Shown here in pieces: positions 17,635 to 28,167 of a stretch of 64,000 nucleotides of DNA (within the stretch, counting starts at the first letter, position 1; the number at the start of each line of letters is the position of its first letter). Below the pieces are notes generated by a model, which saw only the letters and a list, made by a program, of their open reading frames with translations, searched no databases and was not told where the DNA came from. The DNA lies in the NCBI GenBank assembly GCA_964390305.1, contig CAYMHT010000001.1, positions 41-64,040 on the forward strand, given 5' to 3'. This DNA is from an uncultured Anaerolineales bacterium. Its GTDB lineage: Bacteria; Chloroflexota; Anaerolineae; B4-G1. A program made the position numbers and the translations under genes.

Positions 17635-20124
17635 TCAGGCCGGTACCGGCTCCTTCGGACTCTCCGGCTCTTCCTCCGGCTTGGCTTCACGGATCACGAA
17701 GTCCTCCCCTTCCACGTCCACCACCACCGCAGCCCCTTCTGCGAAGTCGTCCGCCAGGATCGCGTCGGATAACGCATTCTCGACCTCGTTCTGGATGACC
17801 CGCCGCAGCGGCCGTGCGCCGTACTCCTCGCTGTATCCCTCCTTGGCCAACAACGCCTTGGCCTCGTCGGTCACCTTCATCTGGAGGCCGGATTCCAACA
17901 GCCGCTTCCGCACCTTATCCAGCTCCAGACCCACAATCTTGGCGATGTGCTCCTTTGTCAGAGCGTGGAAGACGACGACTTTGTCTACCCGGTTGAGGAA
18001 CTCTGGTCGGAACGTGCGCTTGAGTTCCCTCAACAGCTTATCACGCATCTCCTCATAGTCGCGATAGTCCACCGATCCGTTCTTAGGGGTGGCGAAGCCC
18101 ATACTCGTCTGCCGTTTGATCATCTCGGCTCCGACGTTGGAGGTCATAACGAGGATCGTGTTACTGAAATCCACCTTGCGTCCTCGCGCGTCCGAGAGCT
18201 GCCCCTCTTCCATGATCTGCAGAAGCATGTTGAAGGCTTCAGGATGAGCCTTCTCGACCTCGTCAAGCACGACAATGGAATACGGACGCCGGCGAATCGT
18301 CTCCGTAAGCTGCCCCGCGTCGTCGTACCCTACGTACCCCGGCGGGGCGCCAACCAGCCGGGCGACGTTGTGGCGCTCCATGAACTCAGACATATCCAGC
18401 TGGAGCAGGGCATCCTCGCTTCCGAACATAAACTCGGCCAGCGCCTTGGTCAGCTCCGTCTTCCCCACCCCCGTGGGCCCGAGGAAGATGAAAGACCCAA
18501 TAGGACGGCTCGGATCCTTCAACCCCGCCCGCGCGCGGCGCACGGCCTTCGAGATTGCCGTGACTGCCTCGTCCTGTCCAACGATGCGCTCGTGGATCGC
18601 ATCCTCCATCTCCAGCAACCGCTCTTGCTCATCGCTATGCAGCTGGGTCACCGGGACGCCGGTCCACATAGCCACAACCTCGGCGATGTCCTCTGGACCA
18701 ACGGCTACACCGTTCTTGAACAGATTCACCTGCCGATCAGCCCGGATAATCTCCAACTCCTCCTGCAGATCGAGTTCCCGATCCCGCAGCGCGGAAGCCT
18801 CCTCATAACGCTGCTCGTCAACGGCTCGTTCTTTGGCTTCCTGCACGTCCTTCAGATCGCTGAAGATCTTCCGCAAGTTCTGAGCGTGCGGGGTCTTGTA
18901 CATACGCACCCGAGAGGCAGCTTCGTCAACCAGGTCGATCGCCTTGTCCGGCAGGTATCGATCGGTGATGTACCGGCTGGACAGCCGAGCCGCGGCTTCG
19001 AGAGCCTCGTCGGTAATGCGCAGCTGATGGTGCTGTTCATACGGCTCCCGGATACCCTCAAGGATCCTGATTGTCTCTTCAACCGTAGGCTCTTCGACCG
19101 TGATCGGTTGGAAGCGTCGCTCCAGCGCCGCATCCGATTCAATGTGCTTGCGATACTCGCCGAGCGTGGTGGCACCGATGCACTGGAGTTGCCCACGGGC
19201 CAGGGCAGGCTTGAGGATATTCGCCGCATCCATCGAGGAACCGGCCGAACCAGCCCCGACCAGCATGTGTACCTCATCGATAAACAGGATGCAGTCGCTC
19301 TCCTTAAGCTCGTCCAAGACCTTCTTGAGACGCTCCTCGAACTGTCCCCGATACATCGTCCCGGCCACCAAAGATCCAATATCAAACTGGAGGAGGCGCC
19401 TGTCGAGCAAGGGCTCGGGAACCTCGCCGGTGACAATCCGCTGCGCTAACCCCTCGACGATAGCCGTCTTCCCGACCCCAGGCTCACCAATCAGCGCAGG
19501 GTTGTTCTTGGTCCTTCGCGCCAGAATCTGCACCACACGCTCGATTTCTCTCTGCCGACCGATAACCGGGTCCAGCTTGTCCTGCTCCGCCAGAGCAGTG
19601 AGGTCAACGGCCAACTTGTCCGTCGCCGGCGTCTTGGAAGACTTGCGATCCTCTTTCTCCCCGATAAAAATAGGCTCTTGTTGCACGACCTGCTCTGTGT
19701 AGCGACGGACCTGGTCGTCCGTCACACCGAGCTGATTCAGGATGTCGACCGCGGTACCATCTCCTTGGCGGACGAGACCCAGCAAGATATGATGGGTGTC
19801 GATTCTGGGCGCCCCCTGATGCTGTGCCTCTTCCTTTGCCAGCTCAAGCACGCGTTGCGTACGAGGCGTAAGGTCAAGGTCCTGCTTGAGTAGAGAGGCG
19901 TGCTCTCGCATCGTGCTGAGCCGCTTGACCCAGTGCTCGACGTCACGGGACTGGAGCCCGAGCTGCCGCAGTACCTGGCTCGCCGTTCCCGCGTCTTCGT
20001 GCAATAGTCCCAACAAGAGATGCTCGGTGCCAATTCTGGGATGATGCATTCGCTTGGCCTCTTGCTGGGCCAATTTCAGTGCTCTCCGTGCCGCATTAGT
20101 AAAGTATTTCATCAACTTGTCCAT
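17635..20124 (-). CDS. clpC: ATP-dependent Clp protease ATP-binding subunit ClpC
   Basis: Clp_N repeats, two AAA+ modules (GEPGVGKT... and GPTGVGKT), UVR-like linker and a conserved C-terminus. ATG at 20124 is preferred (GGAG RBS 9 nt upstream) over the ORF-track GTG at 20139. Confidence 0.95.
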   Translation of the reverse strand: MDKLMKYFTNAARRALKLAQQEAKRMHHPRIGTEHLLLGLLHEDAGTASQVLRQLGLQSRDVEHWVKRLSTMREHASLLKQDLDLTPRTQRVLELAKEEAQHQGAPRIDTHHILLGLVRQGDGTAVDILNQLGVTDDQVRRYTEQVVQQEPIFIGEKEDRKSSKTPATDKLAVDLTALAEQDKLDPVIGRQREIERVVQILARRTKNNPALIGEPGVGKTAIVEGLAQRIVTGEVPEPLLDRRLLQFDIGSLVAGTMYRGQFEERLKKVLDELKESDCILFIDEVHMLVGAGSAGSSMDAANILKPALARGQLQCIGATTLGEYRKHIESDAALERRFQPITVEEPTVEETIRILEGIREPYEQHHQLRITDEALEAAARLSSRYITDRYLPDKAIDLVDEAASRVRMYKTPHAQNLRKIFSDLKDVQEAKERAVDEQRYEEASALRDRELDLQEELEIIRADRQVNLFKNGVAVGPEDIAEVVAMWTGVPVTQLHSDEQERLLEMEDAIHERIVGQDEAVTAISKAVRRARAGLKDPSRPIGSFIFLGPTGVGKTELTKALAEFMFGSEDALLQLDMSEFMERHNVARLVGAPPGYVGYDDAGQLTETIRRRPYSIVVLDEVEKAHPEAFNMLLQIMEEGQLSDARGRKVDFSNTILVMTSNVGAEMIKRQTSMGFATPKNGSVDYRDYEEMRDKLLRELKRTFRPEFLNRVDKVVVFHALTKEHIAKIVGLELDKVRKRLLESGLQMKVTDEAKALLAKEGYSEEYGARPLRRVIQNEVENALSDAILADDFAEGAAVVVDVEGEDFVIREAKPEEEPESPKEPVPA

Positions 20125-20197
20125 AACTCTAAACTCCACGCTCCGATTGCTCGCCGCGATGGATTCTGTCGTGATCGTTCCTTGAGACGTCGAGGTA

Positions 20198-20226
20198 AGC
20201 GAACTGAATTATAGACCGTTTGGTCC
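20198..20226 (-). promoter_or_regulatory. clpC promoter (TTGCGG, 17 nt, TATAAT on the minus strand) with the palindrome GACCGTTTGGTC inside the spacer, a candidate repressor operator
   Basis: Minus-strand TATAAT is the reverse complement of plus ATTATA at 20198-20203. The -35 TTGCGG is the reverse complement of 20221-20226. The inverted repeat GACC-N4-GGTC at 20205-20216 overlaps the spacer. Confidence 0.4.
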
Positions 20227-20296
20227 CTAGCCGCAAGTTTACGACGAGAACACCCGCCCGCGGCCCCGAAAACCGGCGCTGAGTCGATGCAGTTGC

Positions 20297-20325
20297 TTGC
20301 CAGCTGCAGGTGTGTCATGTAAAAT
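20297..20325 (+). promoter_or_regulatory. sigma70-type promoter for xpt/guaA: TTGCCA, 17 nt, TAAAAT
   Basis: Hexamers at 20297-20302 and 20320-20325, followed by a leader of about 80 nt before the xpt ATG. Confidence 0.4.
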
Positions 20326-20409
20326 GCAGGCGAAGGAGATTGCGGCCGCTCATGGAGTCCGGCTTGTCTGACCAGGCTGTCTTAACGATGGGACCGTAGG
20401 GGGAATTCG

Positions 20410-20979
20410 ATGCAGGAACTCAAACAGCGAATCCTGACCGAGGGCAGAGACCTGGGAAACGGGATTCTCAAGGTCGATAGCTTCATCAACCATCAGATCG
20501 ATCCGGGCCTGATGCTCGACGTGGGCCAGGAGATGGCGCGCCGATTTGCCGAAGTGGCCATCAACAAGGTGCTCACCGCCGAGATTTCGGGCATCGCCCC
20601 GGCCCTTGCGACCGGGCAGGCATTGAGCGTGCCCGTCGTCTATGCGCGGAAGACGAGACCCGTCACGATGACAGGTCCTGTGTTCGTCGAGGTCGCCCCT
20701 TCACACACGAAGGGCCGAGACATTTTCCTGATGGTCTCCACGGAGTTCCTGGGCCCCGGCGACCGTGTGCTCGTGGTCGACGACTTTCTGGCCACCGGGG
20801 CGACAATCTCGGCGCTCGTGCGCCTAATCGAGCACGCCGAAGCGGAGTTGGTCGGTATCGGTACCGTGATTGAGAAAGCGTTTGAAGGCGGACGTGCGGA
20901 GCTGGAAGCCTTTGGAGCACCCATCGTCTCCCTGGCTGTGGTCAGCGACATGACCGACGGGCAGATCACCCTGGTATAG
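20410..20979 (+). CDS. xpt: Xanthine phosphoribosyltransferase
   Basis: Strong match to the Xpt N-terminus (MQELKQRILTEG...VDSFINHQIDP) and the PRPP-binding motif VLVVDDFLATGATI. Confidence 0.9.
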   Translation: MQELKQRILTEGRDLGNGILKVDSFINHQIDPGLMLDVGQEMARRFAEVAINKVLTAEISGIAPALATGQALSVPVVYARKTRPVTMTGPVFVEVAPSHTKGRDIFLMVSTEFLGPGDRVLVVDDFLATGATISALVRLIEHAEAELVGIGTVIEKAFEGGRAELEAFGAPIVSLAVVSDMTDGQITLV

Positions 20980-21019
20980 TGAAGCTGGACTTTCCCTGTG
21001 ATGAAGCGGAGGCCTTAGC

Positions 21020-22600
21020 GTGAGTCGCGATGCAATTGCCATCCTCGACTTCGGTTCGCAGTACACTCAACTGATCGCCCGGCGTGTGCGCGAGGCCGAC
21101 GTCTACTGCGAGCTCTTCCCCTGGAACACACCTGCTGAGGACGTTCTGCGCTTGAGTCCTAAAGGCTTCATCCTGTCGGGGGGACCCTCCAGTGTCTATG
21201 CCTGTGAGGCACCGCGGCTACCAGGCTATGTGCTTACGCAAGAGGTGCCGGTGCTGGGCATCTGCTACGGGATGCAATTGCTGGCCCATCATCTTGGAGG
21301 GCATGTTGCCTCTGCCGTCAGGGATGAGTACGGCTCATCGGAGATCTCCCTCACCGGTCCAAAGACCCCCCTCTTCGGAGCGCTGCGATCTGAGACGCCA
21401 CATCTCAAGGTCTGGATGTCCCACGGCGACCGGGTCGAGACTGTACCCGCTGGCTTCGAGGTGCTCGCGCGCAGCGCAAACGCTCCCGTCGCGGCGATTG
21501 GCGACGTGAAACGAGGGCTCTATGGCCTTCAATTCCACCCAGAGGTCGTGCACACCCAGAGAGGCCGCGAGATCCTGCGTCGTTTCGCCCTTGACGTATG
21601 CGGCTGTGCACGGAGCTGGACTCCAACGTCGTTCATCGACTATTCGGTGGAGACGATACGCAGTAAGGTCGGCGACGCCCACGTCGTATGCGGCCTCAGC
21701 GGTGGGGTCGACTCCTCGGTGACCGCCACGCTGGTCCATCGGGCGATTGGCGATCAGCTGACGTGCGTCTTCGTCAACACCGGGTTGCTTCGGGAGGGCG
21801 AGCCAGAGCAGGTCGTGCGGACATTTCAGGATCAGCTTGGCGTGGAGTTGCTGCCGGTTGACGCGACAGAAGAGTTCCTCGACGCCCTGAGCGGGGTGAC
21901 CGATCCGGAACGAAAACGCCGCGTCATCGGCGAACGCTTCGTTCGGGTTTTCGAAAGGGCGGCATCACGGCTGCGCGACGTCGGCTTCCTGGCGCAGGGC
22001 ACACTCTACCCAGATGTAATCGAGAGCCGAGGGCCGGAGCGACAAGCCGCGGCACGAATCAAGACTCACCACAATGTAGGCGGCCTGCCAGAGGACATGA
22101 GCCTGGAGCTGATAGAGCCACTGCGCTACCTCTTCAAAGACGAGGTGCGGGCAGTTGGGGCCGAACTGGGCTTGCCCGACGAAATTGTCTGGCGACAGCC
22201 GTTCCCTGGCCCGGGGCTAGCCGTCCGGATCATCGGCGAGGTAACCTGGGAGCGACTGGAGACACTGCGTGCAGCAGACGCCATTCTGCTTGAGGAGCTT
22301 CGCGAGGCGTCTTTGTTGCGCGAGGCCACGCCGTCGGCTCACGCAGATCAAATCCAGCAAGCCTTCGCTGTCCTGTTGCCGGTACGGAGCGTCGGCGTGA
22401 TGGGCGACGAGCGAACGTACTGGCATGTGGTTGCCCTTCGCGCTGTCACCACGGAGGATTTCATGACCGCTGATTGGGCGCGGTTGGATCACGACCTTCT
22501 GGCGCGCATCAGCAACCGCATCGTGAACGAAGTCCCTGGGATCAATCGCGTGGTCTATGACGCAACCTCTAAGCCTCCCGCCACTATCGAGTGGGAGTGA
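21020..22600 (+). CDS. guaA: GMP synthase (glutamine-hydrolysing)
   Basis: GATase1 domain ([15 protein letters not shown]...GICYGMQL) and the ATP-PPase motif SGGVDSSV, with a conserved C-terminus. Confidence 0.97.
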   Translation: MSRDAIAILDFGSQYTQLIARRVREADVYCELFPWNTPAEDVLRLSPKGFILSGGPSSVYACEAPRLPGYVLTQEVPVLGICYGMQLLAHHLGGHVASAVRDEYGSSEISLTGPKTPLFGALRSETPHLKVWMSHGDRVETVPAGFEVLARSANAPVAAIGDVKRGLYGLQFHPEVVHTQRGREILRRFALDVCGCARSWTPTSFIDYSVETIRSKVGDAHVVCGLSGGVDSSVTATLVHRAIGDQLTCVFVNTGLLREGEPEQVVRTFQDQLGVELLPVDATEEFLDALSGVTDPERKRRVIGERFVRVFERAASRLRDVGFLAQGTLYPDVIESRGPERQAAARIKTHHNVGGLPEDMSLELIEPLRYLFKDEVRAVGAELGLPDEIVWRQPFPGPGLAVRIIGEVTWERLETLRAADAILLEELREASLLREATPSAHADQIQQAFAVLLPVRSVGVMGDERTYWHVVALRAVTTEDFMTADWARLDHDLLARISNRIVNEVPGINRVVYDATSKPPATIEWE

Positions 22601-22607
22601 GGCCTGA

Positions 22608-24902
22608 ATGTCAGCCATAGAGAACAGCTCGATCCGCCATGACGCTCCCAGAGCGTCGATCGCGTTGACGGTCTCGACGCTCCGGTTCGCCGACGGAGCT
22701 CTCCGGGACCCTGCACCCTTCGCCACGGTCTTGAGGGCACCGAACAAGGCAGCGCGGAGCCGACACGACGACCAGCTCATCTTCTTTCTGCATCCCACGA
22801 ACGCAGAAGCCCTCGACCTGTGTCAGGAGCTTCATCAAGTTATAGCAGAAGCCTACTGGTCTACAGTGGGCAGCGTCACCGCCGCTCTGCGACGGGCGGC
22901 TTCTTTGACCAACCGTCATCTCTTCGAGCATAATCTGAACGCTGAGCCCTCCGATCGATGCTACGGGGGGCTCGCGTGCGCCGTTCTGCGTCAGAAGGAC
23001 CTCTTCCTCCTCCAGGCCGGCCCTGCCTCGGCGTGTATCCTTCAGGAAGACAGAATCAGTTGTTTCCCCCGTGGAGAGAAGCTGGCTCATCTGGGCATTG
23101 GGCCCGCGCCCGACGTGCGGCTCCACCACATCTTCGCGGCGACTGGTGACACCCTTTTGCTGGCTTCACCCACTCTCCTTCGAGCGGTAGGCAAAGATGG
23201 GCTTCGTCGCGTGCTGCCCCGGGACGAGGTAACCAGCGTCCTGACGGGATTGCAGCAACTGGCCGCCAACGCCGATTTCATTGCCCTCGTCGCTCGTTGG
23301 GAACCCGCCTCAGTCGCCAAGGCCCCCGAAGGCCCAGCATCCCCCCGGGCTCGTCGTTCCGAAGCGCGTTCGCCTGCTTTGCGGGCGCAGCCAAAGCCGC
23401 GCAACATGCGTGAGCCAGTTGAGCACGAAGCCCACGTGGCCGAGAGGAGACTTGTCAAGCCGAGACCTGTCGCTAAGGAGCAACCGTCGGTTCGAGAGCA
23501 AAAGGCACCACGCAAGAAGCTGGCGCGCGAGCTGGGCAAGAAGCTGGGAAGCAGCCTGGGTCACGTGGCCCGCGGCCTCAGATACGTGTGGCACGCCGTC
23601 GCAGCTGCCGCTGCCGGGGTGACCGCTCTAGGCAGATGGCTGATCGGCGCGACAGCGACGACGATTCGTCGTACGCTTCCTGGGGCAGAACAGAAGGCCT
23701 ATCGACGCGTCCATCGCCGCCCGCCCCCAGATGAGAATCGTAACGTGCTGATAGCTGTTGCCGTGGGGATCCCGCTGTTGGTCATCGCTGTCGTCGCCCT
23801 GGCCTATCTACAACTCGCCAGAGTGTCCCGCTTTGAGGCCACGATCCAGCAAGCTGAGGAGCAGATCGCCATGGCCCAGGCTGCCCAAGCCGGTTCTGAG
23901 GAGGCACGGGCCCATTGGCAGGTAGCTCTGCAGCGGATCGACACCGCCGCCGCGCTCCAGCCTGGCGATCCGTCCGCGCAGGCACTGCGAGAACAGGTCC
24001 GAGACGCACTCGACCACATTGACCAGATTGAGCGGCTGACCCTCAGTCAGCTGGCTGATTTCGGCTCGAGTCATGTGGAGCGCCGGCTCGTTCCCAGCGA
24101 TCAGGTGCTCTTTGTCCTCGACTCGGCGGACGGCTGGGGAGCCCGAGTGTCTCTGGATCGCCCCGGCGCGGGATCAGAGAGCGAGAACGTACTCGTCCTC
24201 CTGCGCACCGGTCAACAGGTCGCGGGGGAGGAAGTTGGTCAGCTTGTCGACTGCGCCTGGGCAGGGCGTGAAGGGGGTCGACAGTCAGGCGCCCTCTTGG
24301 TCTTGGAGAAGGGCGGCGGACTGGTGAGCTACGATCCGGCGTGGAGAAGTGAGACCGGTGCCCCTCACCTTGCCCGTCTCGAGTTGAGCGCGCCACTTCC
24401 CGGAAGGCCAGTAGCAGTGGGAACTTATCAGGGACAGTTCTACGTCTTGGACGCTGCTGAGACCGGCGGCCAGATCTGGCGCTACAGACCCGAGGGCAAC
24501 GCCTACCCCCGATCTCCAGAACCTTACTTCGAAACACCTCCCGATAAAGAATTGGCGAAAGCTGTCGACATGGCCATCGACGGGCATATCTATATTCTCT
24601 ACAACGACGGGACTGTGGATAAGTTCCTGGGAGGCGAGCTGCAGCAGTTCGAGATTCGAGGGGTGCCTGGAGATATCGGCGAAGTCGCCGGGCTTGCCGT
24701 TGACCCGAGAGGTCAAGGGACCATCTACGTTGCCGATCGGAGTCATAATCGCGTGGTCGAGCTTCATCCCGATGGCCGCTTCAAGGCACAGTTCCTCGCA
24801 GATGGCGCCTTCGCCGCCCTGGAAGCCCTGGCTGTCAATGAAGGCGAGCGACGGCTCTACGTGCTTGACGGCGGCAAGCTGCACGTGGCATCACTCCCCT
24901 GA
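22608..24902 (+). CDS. Membrane protein with an N-terminal PP2C-like domain that looks catalytically degenerate, a Pro/Arg/Lys-rich linker, one TM helix and C-terminal NHL-type beta-propeller repeats
   Basis: The PP2C-like pattern YGGLACAVLRQKDLFLLQAGPASACILQED lacks the usual Asp residues. TM helix VLIAVAVGIPLLVIAVVALAYL. NHL-like repeats (GTIYVADRSHNRVVELHPDGRF). The start is 8 nt after the guaA stop, with a GGGAGTGAGG RBS. Confidence 0.55.
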   Translation: MSAIENSSIRHDAPRASIALTVSTLRFADGALRDPAPFATVLRAPNKAARSRHDDQLIFFLHPTNAEALDLCQELHQVIAEAYWSTVGSVTAALRRAASLTNRHLFEHNLNAEPSDRCYGGLACAVLRQKDLFLLQAGPASACILQEDRISCFPRGEKLAHLGIGPAPDVRLHHIFAATGDTLLLASPTLLRAVGKDGLRRVLPRDEVTSVLTGLQQLAANADFIALVARWEPASVAKAPEGPASPRARRSEARSPALRAQPKPRNMREPVEHEAHVAERRLVKPRPVAKEQPSVREQKAPRKKLARELGKKLGSSLGHVARGLRYVWHAVAAAAAGVTALGRWLIGATATTIRRTLPGAEQKAYRRVHRRPPPDENRNVLIAVAVGIPLLVIAVVALAYLQLARVSRFEATIQQAEEQIAMAQAAQAGSEEARAHWQVALQRIDTAAALQPGDPSAQALREQVRDALDHIDQIERLTLSQLADFGSSHVERRLVPSDQVLFVLDSADGWGARVSLDRPGAGSESENVLVLLRTGQQVAGEEVGQLVDCAWAGREGGRQSGALLVLEKGGGLVSYDPAWRSETGAPHLARLELSAPLPGRPVAVGTYQGQFYVLDAAETGGQIWRYRPEGNAYPRSPEPYFETPPDKELAKAVDMAIDGHIYILYNDGTVDKFLGGELQQFEIRGVPGDIGEVAGLAVDPRGQGTIYVADRSHNRVVELHPDGRFKAQFLADGAFAALEALAVNEGERRLYVLDGGKLHVASLP

Positions 24903-24931
24903 TTGCTTGCGGCTCCCCGCTGTGCTATAAT
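24903..24931 (+). promoter_or_regulatory. sigma70-type promoter: TTGCTT, 17 nt, TATAAT
   Basis: Hexamers at 24903-08 and 24926-31, upstream of the LCP, murA and murJ genes. Confidence 0.5.
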
Positions 24932-25040
24932 CGTGCTCGACCTTCTGGCAGGACGTTCCGAGACGTGATCGCGTTTCACCCCGGGCTGGAAGGTCGGTTT
25001 GTGTTGGCAGTTTCGGACAGGTGCTCGGAGGTAGTGCGTC

Positions 25041-26432
25041 GTGCAAAGCAACACAGGACAGATCAGCCGCTCGAGCAGTATCGTTGAGAGATTATTCACC
25101 GCAGGCCTGGTCATACTCTTTGTCGTGATCTCCGCCGCGGCGGGGGTGTTCGTCTTCGATCAGGTGCGACGATATATAGCTGCCTCCGACTCCCCACCTC
25201 CCTTCATCCCTGGCGGGGGCAGCACCGAGTCGGGCACGCCGACCCCAGACCTGACGAGCCCAGACCTGGTCTGGCAAGGGAAAGAGCGCGTCAATATACT
25301 CGTCCTGGGCATTGACCAGCGTCCGGGGGAAGAAGGATACTTCCGTACCGATACGATGCTGGTCTTGACCCTCGATCCAGTCACCAAGAGCGGAGGAATG
25401 CTGTCCATCCCTCGCGACCTCTGGGTCCCAATCCCGGGATACGGCGTCGAGCGTATCAACGCCGCTCACGTTTTCGGGCAGAGGGACAACTACCCGGGCG
25501 GAGGGCCGGCGCTTGCGGCTAAGACTGTGGAGAACAACCTTGGCGTCCACATTCACCACTACGTGCGTGTCGATTTCAACGCTTTCGTTGAGCTTGTAGA
25601 TCAGATTGGCGGGATTGAGATCTACGTCGAAGAAGAGATCAACGATCCCAAATACCCATCTCAGGATCCCGCTGACCCATATGGCTATGATCCGTTGCAC
25701 ATCGAGGTCGGTGAGCACCATTTCGACGGCGAGATGGCGCTCAGGTACGCCCGCACACGGCGCACCTCAGGGGCCGATTTTGATCGGGCCAGACGCCAGC
25801 AACAAGTCCTCACCGCGATCTTCAAGAAGGTGACGCGGCTGGACATGCTGCCGACGCTGATAGCGCAGGCCCCCCAGGTATGGCGAACCGTACAGGATTC
25901 AGTGGAGACCGACCTGAGGCTCGATCAGATCATCGCTCTCGCCCGGCTGGCCAGCCAGGTGGATCTCGACGACGTTCGGTTCGGCGTCGTCGATGAGAAG
26001 TACACGGTACCCCACGAGACAGAGGATGGGGCGAAGGTGTTGATCCTGCTGCGAGACAGGATGCGCGAGCTGCGCGATGAGATCTTTACCTCCGAAGAGT
26101 CCGCCCCGGACGACGAGGCTGGTCCAGAATCTCGACTCGATGAGGAAGCTGCCACCATCGAGGTGTTGAACGGAACCCTCACACAGGGACTGGCTGCCGA
26201 CGTCACCGAGCGCCTCCGCGAGAGCAATCTAGACGTCGCGCATACTGACAATGCTGACCGGCAGGACGTCGAGGAATCGCTGGTTGTCGCCCACACCGAC
26301 AAGACGTACACGGCTCATTACATCGCTCGTCTTCTGGACCTTCCCGAGTCAGCAGTGGTACAAGGATCTGCGCCAGCAGCTGAATACGATATCTCGCTGA
26401 TTCTCGGGGCCGATTACGCACCCCCACAATAA
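25041..26432 (+). CDS. LytR-CpsA-Psr (LCP) family phosphotransferase with an N-terminal TM anchor and a C-terminal LytR_C-like domain
   Basis: LCP core (VNILVLGIDQRPGEEGYFRTDTMLVLTLDP...LSIPRDLWVPIPGYGVERINAAH) with an N-terminal TM helix. Confidence 0.85.
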   Translation: MQSNTGQISRSSSIVERLFTAGLVILFVVISAAAGVFVFDQVRRYIAASDSPPPFIPGGGSTESGTPTPDLTSPDLVWQGKERVNILVLGIDQRPGEEGYFRTDTMLVLTLDPVTKSGGMLSIPRDLWVPIPGYGVERINAAHVFGQRDNYPGGGPALAAKTVENNLGVHIHHYVRVDFNAFVELVDQIGGIEIYVEEEINDPKYPSQDPADPYGYDPLHIEVGEHHFDGEMALRYARTRRTSGADFDRARRQQQVLTAIFKKVTRLDMLPTLIAQAPQVWRTVQDSVETDLRLDQIIALARLASQVDLDDVRFGVVDEKYTVPHETEDGAKVLILLRDRMRELRDEIFTSEESAPDDEAGPESRLDEEAATIEVLNGTLTQGLAADVTERLRESNLDVAHTDNADRQDVEESLVVAHTDKTYTAHYIARLLDLPESAVVQGSAPAAEYDISLILGADYAPPQ

Positions 26433-26561
26433 GCCGGGGATGGAGGATCACCAGGCGTTGGCCGGACAGCAAAGGTTCAGTTGATGAGACGTGCCAACTC
26501 GTCAATCGGCATAGTCGCAACGCGGAGCGACTCCTGAACGCTTCCTTGGGAGGATAGCGGC

Positions 26562-27842
26562 GTGGAGAAGTTTTTGATCGAAGGGGGACATCCCATCTCC
26601 GGGACGCTGGCCCCCAGTGGAAACAAGAACGCGGCTCTTCCGCTACTTGCGGCCTGCCTGTTGACAGATGAACCGATCACATTGCGGAATATGCCCGACA
26701 TCGGTGACATACGCACCATGGCCGAGATCCTCGCCGATATCGGCGTTGATGTCGAACAGCCCGGTCCCCACACGTGGCGAGTCCATGCTCAAGACATCCG
26801 TACGAACGAACTGAGCCCCGACCTCTTCGGCCGCATCCGGGGCTCAATCACGCTGGCCGGTCCGTTGCTCGCACGCACCGGCGGCGTTCACATGCCCTCG
26901 CCCGGCGGGGACGTCATCGGACGTCGCCGCGTCGATACACACTTCCTGGCCTTAGGTGCGTTGGGTGCGGAGCTCGGCAGCGGTCTTTCCTTCCACCTGG
27001 AAGGCCGGCAGCTTCACGGTACCGATATTCTCTTGGATGAGGCCAGCGTCACCGGCACCGAGAACGCCATCATGGCATCTGTGCTTGCAGAGGGCACAAC
27101 GGTGATCCGCAACGCGGCGTGCGAGCCCCACGTACAGGATCTGTGCCACATGCTTTGTCGGTTCGGCGCACAGATAGCGGGTATCGGCTCCAATACCCTT
27201 TCGATCCACGGCGTGGATCGTTTGGACGGGGGCGAGTTCACCGTTGGGCCAGATTATATGGAGGTGGGAAGCTACATCGCCCTGGCCGCCGTGACGGGAG
27301 GCGAGTTGTTGATCAAGGGGGCCGCTCCGGAACATCTGCGGATGATCGGCCTGGTCTTTGATCGTTTAGGGGTTCAGTTCGAGGCTCAAGGTGACGATGT
27401 CTTCGTGCCCGCAGAGCAGCCATTGACCGTCACACCGGACCTCGGTGGTGCGATTCCAACCATCAAGGACGCTCCCTGGCCGGCTTTTCCCGCTGACTTG
27501 ATGAGCATCGCCATCGTGTTAGCGTCTCAAGCTAAAGGAACCGTCCTGGTTCACGAGAAGATGTTTGAGAGCCGCCTCTACTTCGTGGATCAGTTGATCG
27601 CTATGGGAGCCCGTATCATCCTCTGCGACCCGCATCGATGCGTGGTGCAAGGGCCTTCTCCTCTGCACGGCGAGGAGGTCAGCAGTCCAGACATCCGTGC
27701 TGGCATGGCTCTGCTTATCGCAGCCCTCTGCGCCAGAGGCCAGAGCCTGATCCGAAACATCCGTCAGATTGACCGCGGATATGAGCGGATCGAGGAGAAA
27801 CTGTCCTCCCTGGGTGCTGTGGTCAAGCGCATCTGTGTCTGA
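26562..27842 (+). CDS. murA: UDP-N-acetylglucosamine 1-carboxyvinyltransferase
   Basis: Typical MurA sequence across its length ([23 protein letters not shown]...). Confidence 0.95.
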   Translation: MEKFLIEGGHPISGTLAPSGNKNAALPLLAACLLTDEPITLRNMPDIGDIRTMAEILADIGVDVEQPGPHTWRVHAQDIRTNELSPDLFGRIRGSITLAGPLLARTGGVHMPSPGGDVIGRRRVDTHFLALGALGAELGSGLSFHLEGRQLHGTDILLDEASVTGTENAIMASVLAEGTTVIRNAACEPHVQDLCHMLCRFGAQIAGIGSNTLSIHGVDRLDGGEFTVGPDYMEVGSYIALAAVTGGELLIKGAAPEHLRMIGLVFDRLGVQFEAQGDDVFVPAEQPLTVTPDLGGAIPTIKDAPWPAFPADLMSIAIVLASQAKGTVLVHEKMFESRLYFVDQLIAMGARIILCDPHRCVVQGPSPLHGEEVSSPDIRAGMALLIAALCARGQSLIRNIRQIDRGYERIEEKLSSLGAVVKRICV

Positions 27843-28167
27843 TCCCTCGTTCTGTACCAGCCGCGTTGCTGGTGAGCAACCATCATTTACCGATCCCCTG
27901 GTTTAAGCCGATGTTCACTCCTGCCTCAAGCGACGAGGCGGCCTCCGGGCTGATTCCTCTGGCGACCGTAAGCGTAGCGTCAGGTAAGCGTAAGGTTCAC
28001 GTCAAGCTTCACAGTCGACAGTGTGTTATATTCTATGCTGAGTCAGGGGCGGTTTCTCTTCTTCTCCTCCTTTTGGCGAGGGCCGGGGTAAGTAACCCCG
28101 GCTCTCCCTGTGTATCGGGGGCCGGCGCACGATGCGCTGGTCCCTTTTCTTGTGCCTGGGAGAGGGG

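Noticed and set aside
17947-19449. 500-aa plus-strand ORF antisense to clpC
   Set aside because: It lies wholly inside the strongly supported clpC gene on the other strand. The product is low-complexity and Arg/Leu-rich. Long antisense ORFs like this are typical of high-GC DNA.
20198-20226. Calling the clpC spacer palindrome a CtsR box
   Set aside because: The CtsR consensus is a direct heptad repeat (A/GGTCAAA-NAN-A/GGTCAAA). Here only GGTC/GACC half-sites in inverted orientation are present. I report it as a generic candidate operator.
20326-20409. Possible purine (guanine) riboswitch in the leader of about 80 nt upstream of xpt
   Set aside because: Bacillus xpt is riboswitch-controlled, so I compared the leader with the purine aptamer consensus (UAUA J1/2, GAUAUGG L2, GUUUCUACC J2/3, CCGUAAAU L3). 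Only loose fragments match (UUGUCUGACC, ACCGUAGGG), and they are not in the required P2/P3 order. The leader is also too short for an aptamer plus an expression platform. I do not call it a riboswitch.
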